Positions 1-9,449 of a stretch of DNA of 64,000 bases are shown one piece after another. Made by a program: the position numbers and the translations under genes. Source of the stretch: Vicinamibacteria bacterium (GTDB taxonomy: Bacteria; Acidobacteriota; Vicinamibacteria; Fen-336). Location: the NCBI GenBank assembly GCA_050246895.1, contig JBFWVE010000004.1, positions 71,676-135,675 of the forward strand, read 5' to 3'. Within the stretch, counting starts at the first letter, position 1. Every line of letters begins with the position of its first letter. The notes beneath the pieces were generated by a model. That model saw only the letters and a list, made by a program, of their open reading frames with translations. It ran no database searches and had not been told where the DNA came from.

Positions 1-1
1 G

Positions 2-1990
2 AGCTGGGCGAGCTTCGAGGACGCCGAGAAGGCTCGCGCCGAGGAGCTCGCGGCGCGCGTGCGCGCGCGCGGCGAGACCGCCTCCGCGGCCCTGACCGGC
101 CGCGGCGTGCGTCAGACGGCGCCCCGCTTCAGCCCCGACGGCAGCCTGGTCGCCTACACCAGCTCCGCGCTCGAGCGCCGGCGCGAGCTGCGGGTGGTGC
201 GAGCCGACGGAGGCGGGGATCGGGCCCTCGCCGAGCGCAACGGCGGCAGCGTGGTGGCCTGGACGCGCGACGGCGCGGCGCTGGTCTTCGACGAGCCCGA
301 GGCGTTCCGCCGCTTCGAGCAGCGCTCCGACCTGCGGCTGGTGGAGCTGGCGAGCGGCCGCGTACGACGCCTCACCCACGGGCTGCGCGCGAGCGAGCCT
401 GACGCCGGGCCCGACAACTCCGTCGTCTTCGTGCGCCGCCATCCGGACCGCTCCGAGCTGGCGACGATCGGGCTCGACGGCACGGGCCTGCGCGAGCTGA
501 CCCGCTCGCCGCCGGGCACGTACTGGAGCGGGCCGCGCTTCAGCCCGCGCGGGGAGCGCGTGGCGGCCGCGCGGCTGGGGCCCGACGGCGCGCTCGACGT
601 GGTCGTCCTCGACCTCTCGACGCTCGGCCTGCTCGCGCTGACCGCCGACCGCGCTCGCGACATGGAGCCCGCCTGGACGCCCGACGGCGAGAGCCTGCTG
701 TTTCGATCGGACCGCGACGGGATCTCGAACCTCTACCGCGTGCCGGCTGCGGGCGGACCGCTCGAGCGCGTCAGCGACGTGCTGGGCGGCGCCTTCGCGC
801 CGGACGTGTCGCCCGACGGCCGCAGCGTGGCGTTCGCCGCGTACGCGGCGCGCGGTTACGACGTGCGGCTGATGCCGCTCGTCGCGCGGGGGCCCGCCGA
901 GGCGTACCTCGACGAGTACGCTCAGGGCCTGCCCGCGCCCGAGCTCGCCGCCGGCGCCGCCACGGCCTACCGCCCGCTGCCCGCCGCGCTGCCGCGCTTC
1001 TGGACGCCGCTCGTCTTCGTGGACGACGAGGAGACGCGGCTCGGCGCGGCCACGGCCGGCGCCGACCCGCTGCTGCGCCACGCGTACGTGCTCGACCTGC
1101 GCTACGGCCTCGAGAGCGAGCGCCTCTCGACGCGCGCGAGCTATCGCTACGACCGCTTCGCGCCGACCTTCCAGCTCGATTTGAAGGACGACTTCGAGCT
1201 CGCCCCGAGCGGGGTATTTCGCGCGCGCGAGGCCGCGCTGTCGCTGGCCTACCCGCTGGCGCTGGGACGCCGCTCCGCGCAGAGCGTCGCCCTCGGCTGG
1301 CGCCGGGGCCGGGAGTCGTCGCTCGCAGGCGCTCGGCCGAGCCTCGATCTGGGCGGCGCCTTCGCCTCGTGGAGCCTCGACACGGCCCGCCGCTGGCCGT
1401 TCTCGATCTCGCCGATCGACGGCGCGCGCCTGCGCCTCGGCGTGCTGCTGGAGGACCCCGCCCTTGGCAGCGAGCTGTCGCTGACGAAGCTGACGGGCGA
1501 CGCGCGCGGGTACCTGCGGCTGTCGGGACGCGGCGACGTGCTGGCGCTGCGGGCCGCCGGCGGCGCCACGCTGGGCGAGCCGGGCTTCCGGCGCTCGTAC
1601 AGCCTGGGCGGCTTCGGCGGCTCGAGCCTCGACGAGGTCGCGCTGGCGAACCGCGGCGTGCTGCGCGGGTTTCCCGACGATACGTTCCGCGGCCGGCAGT
1701 TCGCCAACGCCAGCGCCGAGCTGCGCCTGCCGCTGCTGCACCCGCAGCGCGGCTACCGCTCGGCGCCCGTCTTCCTGCGGCACCTGCACGCCGCCGTCTT
1801 CGTGGACGCGGGCAGCGCGTGGTCCGAGAGCTTCGAGTGGGGAGAGGTCCGCACCGGCTTCGGCGTGGCGCTCGGCCTCGACGCCAACGTCTCGCACGCG
1901 CTTCCGCTGACCGTCACGCTGGGCGTGGCGCAGGGCAGCGGCCCGAGCGGCGACACACGCGTCTACTTCCGCGCCGGCCTCAGTTACTAG
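2..1990 (+). CDS. TolB-like (PD40) beta-propeller plus C-terminal Omp85/BamA-TamA-like barrel protein, 5'-truncated by window edge
   Basis: Repeated PxFSPDG/PAWTPDG propeller motifs; C-terminal LRGFPDDTFRG, ELRLPL and FVDAG barrel motifs; terminal aromatic residue; frame open from position 2. Confidence 0.75.
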   Translation, partial: SWASFEDAEKARAEELAARVRARGETASAALTGRGVRQTAPRFSPDGSLVAYTSSALERRRELRVVRADGGGDRALAERNGGSVVAWTRDGAALVFDEPEAFRRFEQRSDLRLVELASGRVRRLTHGLRASEPDAGPDNSVVFVRRHPDRSELATIGLDGTGLRELTRSPPGTYWSGPRFSPRGERVAAARLGPDGALDVVVLDLSTLGLLALTADRARDMEPAWTPDGESLLFRSDRDGISNLYRVPAAGGPLERVSDVLGGAFAPDVSPDGRSVAFAAYAARGYDVRLMPLVARGPAEAYLDEYAQGLPAPELAAGAATAYRPLPAALPRFWTPLVFVDDEETRLGAATAGADPLLRHAYVLDLRYGLESERLSTRASYRYDRFAPTFQLDLKDDFELAPSGVFRAREAALSLAYPLALGRRSAQSVALGWRRGRESSLAGARPSLDLGGAFASWSLDTARRWPFSISPIDGARLRLGVLLEDPALGSELSLTKLTGDARGYLRLSGRGDVLALRAAGGATLGEPGFRRSYSLGGFGGSSLDEVALANRGVLRGFPDDTFRGRQFANASAELRLPLLHPQRGYRSAPVFLRHLHAAVFVDAGSAWSESFEWGEVRTGFGVALGLDANVSHALPLTVTLGVAQGSGPSGDTRVYFRAGLSY

Positions 1991-2051
1991 ACTCGGTCAG
2001 TCGCGGAGCGCGGGCGCGCGGCGAGCTGGGCGGAGACGGTAGAGTCGCGCA

Positions 2052-3128
2052 ATGGAACCCGACGAGGAAGCGGCGCGCCTGACGGAGCGCCTGCGGCAGG
2101 CGACCCTCGGCTACTTCGACGTGCTCACGATGTATGCCGGCCAGAAGCTGGGGCTGTACGAGGCGCTCGCCGCCGCCGGCCCGCTCACCCCGAGCGCCCT
2201 CGCCGCGCGCACGGCCACGCACCCACGTTACGTGCGGGAGTGGCTGGAGCAGCAGGCGGTGGGCGGGCTGCTGACGGTCGACGAAGCCGGCGCGCCGCCC
2301 GAGAGCCGGCGCTACAGCCTGCCCGCGGGGCACGCGCGCGTGCTCGTGCTGCGGGAGGACCCGCTGTGGCAGGGCACGCGCCCGCACAGCCTGCTCTCGG
2401 TGGCGCGCCGCATGCCGGCGTTGCTGGAGGCCTTCCGGAGGGGCGGCGGCATCACGTGCGCCGACCACGACGAGGACTCGCGGACGGCCCAGGCCTCGCT
2501 CGGCCAGGTCGCGTACCTCGCGTCGATGGCTGAGTGGATGGCGGCCCTGCCGGACGTGGACGCGCGGCTCCGTCGCGCGCCCGCGGCCCGCGTGGCCGAT
2601 CTCGGCTGCGGGGCCGGCTGGTCCGCGATCGCGCTCGCCCGTCTCTATCCGCTCGTGAGCGTCGACGGCTTCGACCTCGACCCCGGCAGCGTCGCGCTCG
2701 CTCGCGAGAACGCCGCCGCCTCGGAAGTCGCGGCCCGCGTGCGGTTCGAGATCCGCGACGCCGGCGACCCGACGCTGTCGGGGTCCTACGAGCTCGGCGT
2801 CGTCTTCGAAGCCCTGCACGACATGCCGCGGCCGGTCGAAGCGCTGCGGACGCTGCGCCGGCTCGCGGGCGAAGCGGGAGCCGTGCTCGTGGCGGACCTG
2901 AAGGTCGCCGAGCGCTTCGCCGCGCCGGGCGACGATCTGGAGCGCTTCACCTATGGCTGGAGCGTGCTGTCGTGCCTGGCCTCGGGCATGACCGGTCCGG
3001 CGCCCGCCGGCACCGGCGCCGTGATGCGGCCGGAGACGCTCCGTGCCTACGCCGTCAGCGCCGGGTTCCAAGGGATCGAGCTGCTGCCGGTGCCACACGA
3101 GGGCTGGAACTTCTACCGGCTTCGCTGA
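2052..3128 (+). CDS. Class I SAM-dependent methyltransferase with N-terminal winged helix (Rv2258c-like)
   Basis: VADLGCGAG motif I, FEALHDM motif, N-terminal RYVREWL HTH segment. Confidence 0.85.
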   Translation: MEPDEEAARLTERLRQATLGYFDVLTMYAGQKLGLYEALAAAGPLTPSALAARTATHPRYVREWLEQQAVGGLLTVDEAGAPPESRRYSLPAGHARVLVLREDPLWQGTRPHSLLSVARRMPALLEAFRRGGGITCADHDEDSRTAQASLGQVAYLASMAEWMAALPDVDARLRRAPAARVADLGCGAGWSAIALARLYPLVSVDGFDLDPGSVALARENAAASEVAARVRFEIRDAGDPTLSGSYELGVVFEALHDMPRPVEALRTLRRLAGEAGAVLVADLKVAERFAAPGDDLERFTYGWSVLSCLASGMTGPAPAGTGAVMRPETLRAYAVSAGFQGIELLPVPHEGWNFYRLR

Positions 3129-3146
3129 GGCGCCCGCGCGGGCGCT

Positions 3147-4961
3147 CTAGGCTCCCAGCCTCCGCTTCAGGAACACCTCCACCTCGGGCGGCATCGAGGT
3201 GAAGCGCACGGCGAAGGCCCCGCTGGCGCCGGCCTTCTCGATCACCTTGGCGTAGAGGTCGCCGGGGACCTCCTCGTCCTGACCGTCGATCAGGTGGATC
3301 TTGACGTTGGTCGTGGCGGGCAGCGTCACGTCCGAGGCGACGTCGGCGCCCTTCATCGAGACGCGCACCAGCAGGCCCTTCCGAGCCTCGTCGGAGACGG
3401 CCTTGCCGTCGATGGTGAAGAAGCGGATCTCGATCGGCTGCTGGAGCTGGACGGTCGTGTGCTCCTCGGCCGGCAGGAACAGGTCGAAGGCGCCGCCGAT
3501 GCCGCGCAGGTCGTAGGCCGTCAGCGGCTCGCGCGCGCCCTTGGCGCGCACGAGCATCTGGCCCCCCAGCCGGACGTCCGGCCCGGCGGCGCGCTGCGTC
3601 GCCTCGGAGATCAGGATCTGGCCGCCGACCGTGTAGGTCTCGATGCGCGAGGTGAGGTTGATGGTGGTGCCGACGACGCCGTACTTGGCGCGCTTCTCGG
3701 ACCCGATGTTGCCGACGACCACCTCGCCCGTGTGGAGCGCTATGCCCATCTCGACCGCGGGCAACCCCTGCTCGCGGTTCCATTCGTTGACCGCCGCCAT
3801 CGCGAGCTGCATCTCGGTTGCGCAGGCCACCGCGCGCCGCGCGTCGTCGTCGCGCTGCACGGGCGCGCCGAAGATCGCCAGCACCGCGTCGCCGATGAAC
3901 TCGTCGATCGTGCCGCGGTGCTTCATGATCACGTCGGCCATCGCGCCCAGGTAGTGGTTGAGCATCAGCACGACCTGCTCTGGCGCCAGCCGCTCGGCGA
4001 TGGCGGTGAAGCCGCGCAGGTCGGACATCAGGATCGTGACGGTCCGCCGCTCGCCGCCGAGCTTCAGCCCTTCGGGCGACTCGAGGATGCTCGAGACGAT
4101 CTCCTCGGACAGATAGCGGCCGAAGGTGTTGCGGATGAAGCGGTTGGTCTTCTCCAGGTCGCTCGCCAGCCGCTCGACCTGCTCCTTCGCCTTCTTGATC
4201 GTGAGCTGCGCCACCACGCGCGCCAGCACCACCGGGAAGTCGAGCGGCTTGACCACGTAGTCGTTTGCGCCCGACTTCAACGCGCCGACGATGTCCTCGC
4301 TCTGGTCCTTGGCCGTCGCCATGATGATCGGCAGGTCGGCGGAGGAGTGCGTCTCGCGCAGCTTGGTCAGCACCTCGTAGCCCGAGATGCCCGGCATCAT
4401 CACGTCGAGCAGCAGCAGGTCGACGCCGCCCTTCGCCACGCGCTCGAGCGCCTGGTAGCCGTCCTCGGAGGTCTCGACCTCGAAGCCCTTGGCGCGCAGC
4501 CGCCGCGAGAGCATGTCGCGGTTCATCTCGTTGTCGTCGACGACGAGCAGGAGGTCCTTTTCCTTCGAGCCGAGCCGGTCGAGCGTCTGCGGGCCGTGGC
4601 GCTCGTCCTTCGGGGGCGGGGCGACGGCGGGCGCGTGCTCGGCGACCGGAGCCTGCGCCGGCTCGCCCGCGGCGGGCGGAGCCGCCGCGACGGCCGGGGC
4701 CGCGCCCCCGCCCGGGGGCGCCGGCGCCGCGGCGGCCGCCCGTGCCATCGCCTCGATCGCGCCCGGCGACAGGTGCTCGTCGAGCAGGGCCAGCAGCCGG
4801 CGCGCCGCCGCCGTCACCTTCTGCAGGTCCGGCAGCAGGCCGGCCTGGCCCGCGTCCTCGGCCTCCTCCTGCAGCAGCTCGCTGTAGCCGATGATCTGGT
4901 TGATGGGCGTGCGCAGGTCGTGGCGGACCTTGGACCACTGGTCCCTGCCGCCCTCGCTCAC
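3147..4961 (-). CDS. Class III nucleotidyl cyclase: HisKA-like helix, REC, cyclase and PilZ-like tail; Cya2-type, possibly guanylyl cyclase
   Basis: GTG start at 4961 after GGAGAGG, overlapping the upstream TGA; HDLRTPINQIIGYSELL; REC VVDD/LLDVMMP/KP; cyclase SDLRGFT, IDEFIGDA, GNIGSEKRAKYGVVG. Confidence 0.85.
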   Translation of the reverse strand: MSEGGRDQWSKVRHDLRTPINQIIGYSELLQEEAEDAGQAGLLPDLQKVTAAARRLLALLDEHLSPGAIEAMARAAAAAPAPPGGGAAPAVAAAPPAAGEPAQAPVAEHAPAVAPPPKDERHGPQTLDRLGSKEKDLLLVVDDNEMNRDMLSRRLRAKGFEVETSEDGYQALERVAKGGVDLLLLDVMMPGISGYEVLTKLRETHSSADLPIIMATAKDQSEDIVGALKSGANDYVVKPLDFPVVLARVVAQLTIKKAKEQVERLASDLEKTNRFIRNTFGRYLSEEIVSSILESPEGLKLGGERRTVTILMSDLRGFTAIAERLAPEQVVLMLNHYLGAMADVIMKHRGTIDEFIGDAVLAIFGAPVQRDDDARRAVACATEMQLAMAAVNEWNREQGLPAVEMGIALHTGEVVVGNIGSEKRAKYGVVGTTINLTSRIETYTVGGQILISEATQRAAGPDVRLGGQMLVRAKGAREPLTAYDLRGIGGAFDLFLPAEEHTTVQLQQPIEIRFFTIDGKAVSDEARKGLLVRVSMKGADVASDVTLPATTNVKIHLIDGQDEEVPGDLYAKVIEKAGASGAFAVRFTSMPPEVEVFLKRRLGA

Positions 4962-5869
4962 AGCCTCTCCGTGCTGGCCAGCCGCGCGAAGGCGCCCCTG
5001 GCGCCGTCCCAGCCGAAGCGACCTCCCTCGAGCGCCAGCCGGAAGTTGTCGAGGCCCTTGGCGTGCCTGCGGTAGGCCCCGAAGACCTCCTCGTCCGAGT
5101 ACATCGGGCCCAGGTGGCCGGCCAGCACCAGCGTGCCGGGGTTGGCGCGCGCCATCAGCGCCGCGTGCTCCTGGGAGCCGTGGCCGTACATCTGGTCCTT
5201 GATGTCGCGGAAGTGCGAGTCGTAGATGGCGAGCCGGGCCCCACGCAGCATGTCGTCCTCGACGGGACGCGTCTTGCGGTTGGGCTCGTGGTCCGAGAGG
5301 TAGGAGAGGCTCGGCCCGCCGGCGGCCGTCAGCCGGTAGCCCAGGGTGTCGAGGTAGCGCTTCGAGTGGCCCGCGCCGCTGTAGTGGTTGAGCGGGAAGG
5401 TCTCGAGCCTCAGCGGCCCGGCCCTGTAGCTCTCGGCCGCCTTCAGCGGCTTCACCGAGAAGTCCGCCAGCGTGCCCCGCGCCAGGATCTCGAGCGGCAC
5501 GTACGACGGGTGCGCGAAGCCGCGCTTGATCGCGTCGAGCGCCTCGCGCGCGCCGTAGATGGTGACGCAGAGGCCGTTGTCCCGGCGCCAGAACCAGTCG
5601 ACGTCCTTCAGCCCTTCCCAGTGGTCGAGGTGGGCGTGCGTGACCAGGATGTGGATGTTCTTCACGCCTCGGAAGCGCGGCTCGACCGCCATCTGGTGGC
5701 CCAGCACCAGCAGCCCGCGCCCCGCGTCGAACACGTAGAGGTTCTCGCCCCTGCGCAGCGAATAGCACGAGGTGTCGTTGCCGACTCTCGAGCGCGCGGG
5801 GATGATGTTGTGCGATCCCCGGCAGCCCCAGACGTCGAACTCGTAGGCCGGCGTCACGCGAGACGGCAT
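4958..5869 (-). CDS. MBL-fold metallo-hydrolase (RNase Z/phosphodiesterase-like)
   Basis: WGCRGS, FDAGRG, THAHLDH (HxHxDH), SDHE, GHGS. Confidence 0.85.
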   Translation of the reverse strand: MPSRVTPAYEFDVWGCRGSHNIIPARSRVGNDTSCYSLRRGENLYVFDAGRGLLVLGHQMAVEPRFRGVKNIHILVTHAHLDHWEGLKDVDWFWRRDNGLCVTIYGAREALDAIKRGFAHPSYVPLEILARGTLADFSVKPLKAAESYRAGPLRLETFPLNHYSGAGHSKRYLDTLGYRLTAAGGPSLSYLSDHEPNRKTRPVEDDMLRGARLAIYDSHFRDIKDQMYGHGSQEHAALMARANPGTLVLAGHLGPMYSDEEVFGAYRRHAKGLDNFRLALEGGRFGWDGARGAFARLASTERL

Positions 5870-5989
5870 GCAGCGGTCCTCTCCTCGACGGAGCGCCCAA
5901 TCACGTCGGTCGAACGGTAGCGTTCGCGGGATTGTAAGGCCAGCCGCGCTCGGTCGATTGGGGCAGCCCGCCGGCCGTCGGCTCGCGGC

Positions 5990-6137
5990 CGCGGCCGCCC
6001 GAGCGCCTTCAGCAGCGGGGCGCAGAACAGCGTGAGGCGAGGAGGGCGGCCGTCGTCAGGAAGGTGGTGAGCCCGCCCAGCAGCTCCACGCGGACGCTGC
6101 TGCCGTGCTCGTCGAGACGGAAGAGGCGGCGGAGCAT
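5990..6137 (-). pseudogene. Remnant of an NCS2/AzgA-type purine permease
   Basis: ATG at 6137 gives MLRRLFRLDEHGSSVRVELLGGLTTFLT, a typical AzgA/PbuG N-terminus, then stop at 6009; a second frame reads LTLFCAPLLKALG, resembling a late TM segment of the same family. Confidence 0.65.
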
Positions 6138-6194
6138 GCGGTCAGAGGAGACTTCCGCAGGCCCGCCGCCAAGCGCGTGCCGTCGCGGGCGGGG

Positions 6195-6983
6195 CTACTG
6201 CTTGCGCAGGCGGATGCCGCCGTTCACCGTCTCGATCTCGAGCGAGCGGCCGCCGCCGCCGATGGTGCCCGACACGCTGCGGCGCGAGATGCGGCCCCTG
6301 ACCGTCAGCGGGAAGTCGGTCTCGATGTCGCCGTTCACCGTCTTCGCCGTGACGTCGGCGGAGGCCGAGGCCGGCAGCTCGACGGTCACCGAGCCGTTGA
6401 CCGTCTGCAGCTCGAGGTCGCCGGTCCAGTCGGCCCGGCCCATGCGCGCGTCGATCGAGCCGTTCACGGTCTCGGCACGCACGATGCCCTTGGAGCTGGC
6501 GCGGATGCTGCCGTTGACCGTCTGCAGCTCGGCGTCCGCGTCGAGCGGGCCGGCGTCGATCTCGCCGTTGACCGTGCTCCCCGCGAACTTCACGCCCGCG
6601 GGCACGCGTACCGTGAAGTCCACCTTCACGTCGTTGTCGCGGGTGCTCATGCGTCCGCCGCCGCCGGACGCGCACGCGTTCTCGCGGGACGAGCCGGCGG
6701 GCGTCGGGTAGACGGCGCAGATCGTCACGCCCTCGGCGTGCTCGACGACCTCGATCTCGACGGACTCCGGGTCGCTCCGCCGCGCGGTCTTGCGCGCGGT
6801 CACCTCGATCTCGCCACTGCTCGCGGGTTGGGCCTCGATGCTGCCGTTGACGCCCTTGATCTCGAGCGTGCGCCCCGCCGCGAGCCTGCCCTTCCACTCG
6901 AAGTCGGCCGCCAGCAGCGACGGCGAGAGCGCCAGCGTCGAGGCCGCGATCGCCGCCGCCGTGAACGTCCTTCGCATCGTCAT
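6195..6983 (-). CDS. Secreted DUF4097 beta-strand-repeat (adhesin-like) protein
   Basis: Signal peptide MTMRRTFTAAAIAA; repeated TVNGxI motifs; GAGGAGAGG RBS. Confidence 0.8.
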   Translation of the reverse strand: MTMRRTFTAAAIAASTLALSPSLLAADFEWKGRLAAGRTLEIKGVNGSIEAQPASSGEIEVTARKTARRSDPESVEIEVVEHAEGVTICAVYPTPAGSSRENACASGGGGRMSTRDNDVKVDFTVRVPAGVKFAGSTVNGEIDAGPLDADAELQTVNGSIRASSKGIVRAETVNGSIDARMGRADWTGDLELQTVNGSVTVELPASASADVTAKTVNGDIETDFPLTVRGRISRRSVSGTIGGGGRSLEIETVNGGIRLRKQ

Positions 6984-6994
6984 GCTTCCTCTCC

Positions 6995-7882
6995 TCACTT
7001 CTTGCGGATCGCGATGCCGCCGCTCATGGTGTCGACCGACACCCTGGCGCCGCCGCCGCCGATCGTGAACTCCAGGTCCTTCTCGGGCGTCCAGCGGCTC
7101 GTCTTGCGCGGCTCGGGCGCGTCGAAGTCCGTGCTGATGCTGCCGCTGAAGGTGGACAGCCTGACGTCCGCGCCCGTCGCGGCCGGCAGCACCAGCGTGA
7201 CGCGGCCGCTGACACTCTCCGCCGACAGCCGGGCCGACTTCTGCAGCGAGCCGTCGAAGTCGACGCCGCCGCTGACCGACTCGAGCTGCACGGAGCCGAA
7301 GTCGCGGCCCTCCACCTCCACGCGCCCCGAGACGCTCGAGGCCTGGACCTCGCCGCCCGCGCCGGTCACCTTCACGCTGCCGCTGACGGACTCGGCCTTC
7401 GTCGCGCGCGAGGCGCCGGCGACGCTCACGCTGCCGTTGACGCTCGAGACCTGCGCCTCGGAGGGCGAGCCGGCGACGCTGATGGCGCCCTGCACCGTCT
7501 CCGCCTGCACCTCGCCGGTGACGCCCTCGATCGTGATCGCGGCGGAGAACGACTCGACGTTCAGGCGGCAGCCGGCGGGCACGCGGATCTCCAGCTCCGA
7601 GCGGACGCGGTGCGGGTTGCCCCAGGTCTCGACGCTGATGCGCGTGCGCCGCGCGGTGCCCCCGAAATCGAGGCCCTCGGCGCCGTCGCCGAGGGTGCCC
7701 GTGACCTGGACCTCCTCGCGCGCCCAGCCGATCACCTTCAGGCTGCCCGCCGGCACGTCGATGTCCACCACCCCGTCGGCGCTCGCCGGGCGGCGTTCGT
7801 CGAGCCTTCCCTCCGCGCGAGCCGGCGCCGCCCATGCGGCCGCCGCCAGCGCCAGTGCCCATCCCGCGGTTGCGATCTTCAT
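6995..7882 (-). CDS. Secreted DUF4097 beta-strand-repeat protein
   Basis: Signal peptide MKIATAGWALALAAAAW; repeated ESVSGxV motifs; start reassigned to ATG 7882. Confidence 0.8.
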   Translation of the reverse strand: MKIATAGWALALAAAAWAAPARAEGRLDERRPASADGVVDIDVPAGSLKVIGWAREEVQVTGTLGDGAEGLDFGGTARRTRISVETWGNPHRVRSELEIRVPAGCRLNVESFSAAITIEGVTGEVQAETVQGAISVAGSPSEAQVSSVNGSVSVAGASRATKAESVSGSVKVTGAGGEVQASSVSGRVEVEGRDFGSVQLESVSGGVDFDGSLQKSARLSAESVSGRVTLVLPAATGADVRLSTFSGSISTDFDAPEPRKTSRWTPEKDLEFTIGGGGARVSVDTMSGGIAIRKK

Positions 7883-7899
7883 GGCTCCCTCGGTTCCTC

Positions 7900-8616
7900 T
7901 CAGATCCTCGCCAGGCGCACCACTCGCCACAGCGCGTCCACCTTGCGCTTGTGCGTCGAGGTCAGCAGGCGCGCGAGCCCGGGGTTGCCGGGATCCTTCT
8001 CGAGCGCGAGCCGCACCTCCGCGAGCGCCGTGTCGATCGCGCCCAGGTTCTTCTCGAGCGCCGCGACCGTCCCGGGCTGCAGCTCGTCGCGCCGCGCCTG
8101 CACGGCCGCCATCAGCTCGGAGGCGGCCCTCTCGTAGGAGCGCTCGGCCTGCGAAAGGTCCGCGACCACGGCGGCCGCGGGGATCATGGTCGCGTCCACA
8201 CCGGTGGCCGAGCCGGCCAGTGCCGGCGCCGCCTCGCGCCGCATCACCAGCACCGTCAGGCTCGACGAGAGCGTGACCAGCGCGGCCGCGGCCGCGGCCA
8301 GGAACGCGGGGCGAGCCCACCAGGTGGCGCCCGGGCGCTCGAAGGGCAGCACCGCCGGTTCGTCCTGGCCGGCAGGCGAGCCCAGGCGCAAGGCGATCCC
8401 CGGCCACAGCTCGCGCGCCGGCTCGAGCTCGGAAGGCAGCGCGGCCGCCCGCGCCAGCAGCGAGCGCAGCGCGTCCGCCTCCTCGCGACAGGCCGCGCAG
8501 GCGCCGAGGTGGGCGAGCACACCGGCCCGCTCGGCCGCGGCGAGCTCGCCGTCGAGCAGATCGTCGAGCAGCGGGCGGACGGCTTCGCACGTCATCGTGG
8601 CCGGCGTCGTCGTCAT
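7900..8616 (-). CDS. Zinc-finger (zf-HC2) membrane anti-sigma factor
   Basis: C..HLGACAAC (HxxxCxxC), one TM segment, overlaps the ECF sigma stop. Confidence 0.85.
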   Translation of the reverse strand: MTTTPATMTCEAVRPLLDDLLDGELAAAERAGVLAHLGACAACREEADALRSLLARAAALPSELEPARELWPGIALRLGSPAGQDEPAVLPFERPGATWWARPAFLAAAAAALVTLSSSLTVLVMRREAAPALAGSATGVDATMIPAAAVVADLSQAERSYERAASELMAAVQARRDELQPGTVAALEKNLGAIDTALAEVRLALEKDPGNPGLARLLTSTHKRKVDALWRVVRLARI

Positions 8617-9221
8617 CGTCCGAGCGCCTCCCTCAGCAGGCGGCGGGCGCGGTGGAGCTGGGCCTTCGAGGTGCCCGTCGCGATCCCCGTCATCTCGCCG
8701 ATCTCGACGTGCTTGTACCCGTACACGTCGTGCAGCACGAACACCTCACGGGCGCCCTCGGGCAGCCCGGCGAGCGCGCGCTCGAGGTCCACTCCAGCGG
8801 CGCCGGAGCGGCCGCCGCTGCCGCGATCGAAGGGCGTCAGGTCGTCGGTCGCCGTCACCCGCGCCTCGCGCCGGCGCCGTGCCCGCGCGTCGGAGTAGAC
8901 GAGGTTGACCGTCAGCGGGTGCAGCCAGGACGAGAAGGCGCTTTGGCCGCGGAAGGAGGAGAGCTTCTGCCAGGCGCGAACGAAGACGTCCTGGGTCAGC
9001 TCCTGCGCCCGCTGCGCGTCGCCGGTCATCCGATAGCTCAATGCGTACACGCGTCTCACGTTCTCCTGGTAGAGCGTCTCGAACGCGGAGCGGTCCCCGT
9101 CCAGGGCGGCCCGCACGAGGGCCATCTCACGCTGCGCTCGGCCTTCGTCCCGTGTCACCCGCTCGGTGCCTCTCGTGTGGGCGAACCCTGGCGCGACGGC
9201 CACCGTGCTCAAGACACCCAT
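8613..9221 (-). CDS. ECF RNA polymerase sigma-70 factor
   Basis: AQELTQDVFVRAW, FSSWL, EIGEMTGIATGTSKAQLHRAR; start uncertain. Confidence 0.9.
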   Translation of the reverse strand: MGVLSTVAVAPGFAHTRGTERVTRDEGRAQREMALVRAALDGDRSAFETLYQENVRRVYALSYRMTGDAQRAQELTQDVFVRAWQKLSSFRGQSAFSSWLHPLTVNLVYSDARARRRREARVTATDDLTPFDRGSGGRSGAAGVDLERALAGLPEGAREVFVLHDVYGYKHVEIGEMTGIATGTSKAQLHRARRLLREALGR

Positions 9222-9449
9222 GAGATGCCGCTCTCGCGGCCGGGGTTTGAAGCGGGGTCGCCGTTGCCCCAATTGAAGCACTCTTCGAGCGTCGACGTAA
9301 GTCCCGTCGATCGAGGATCTTCCGACCCAGTGTCCCGATATGCGTCCTCCTCGCGCCTTGCCAGCCGGGCGCCTCGGCGTTCTCGGTGCGCACCGTACTC
9401 GCGGATCAGGGCACTAGAATCCCGGGCGGTCTCTCGGAAGGGAAGTGCA

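Noticed and set aside
4962-5900. 917-aa cyclase as called in the ORF track
   Set aside because: The first ~310 aa are an off-frame read of the MBL gene; the real start is GTG 4961.
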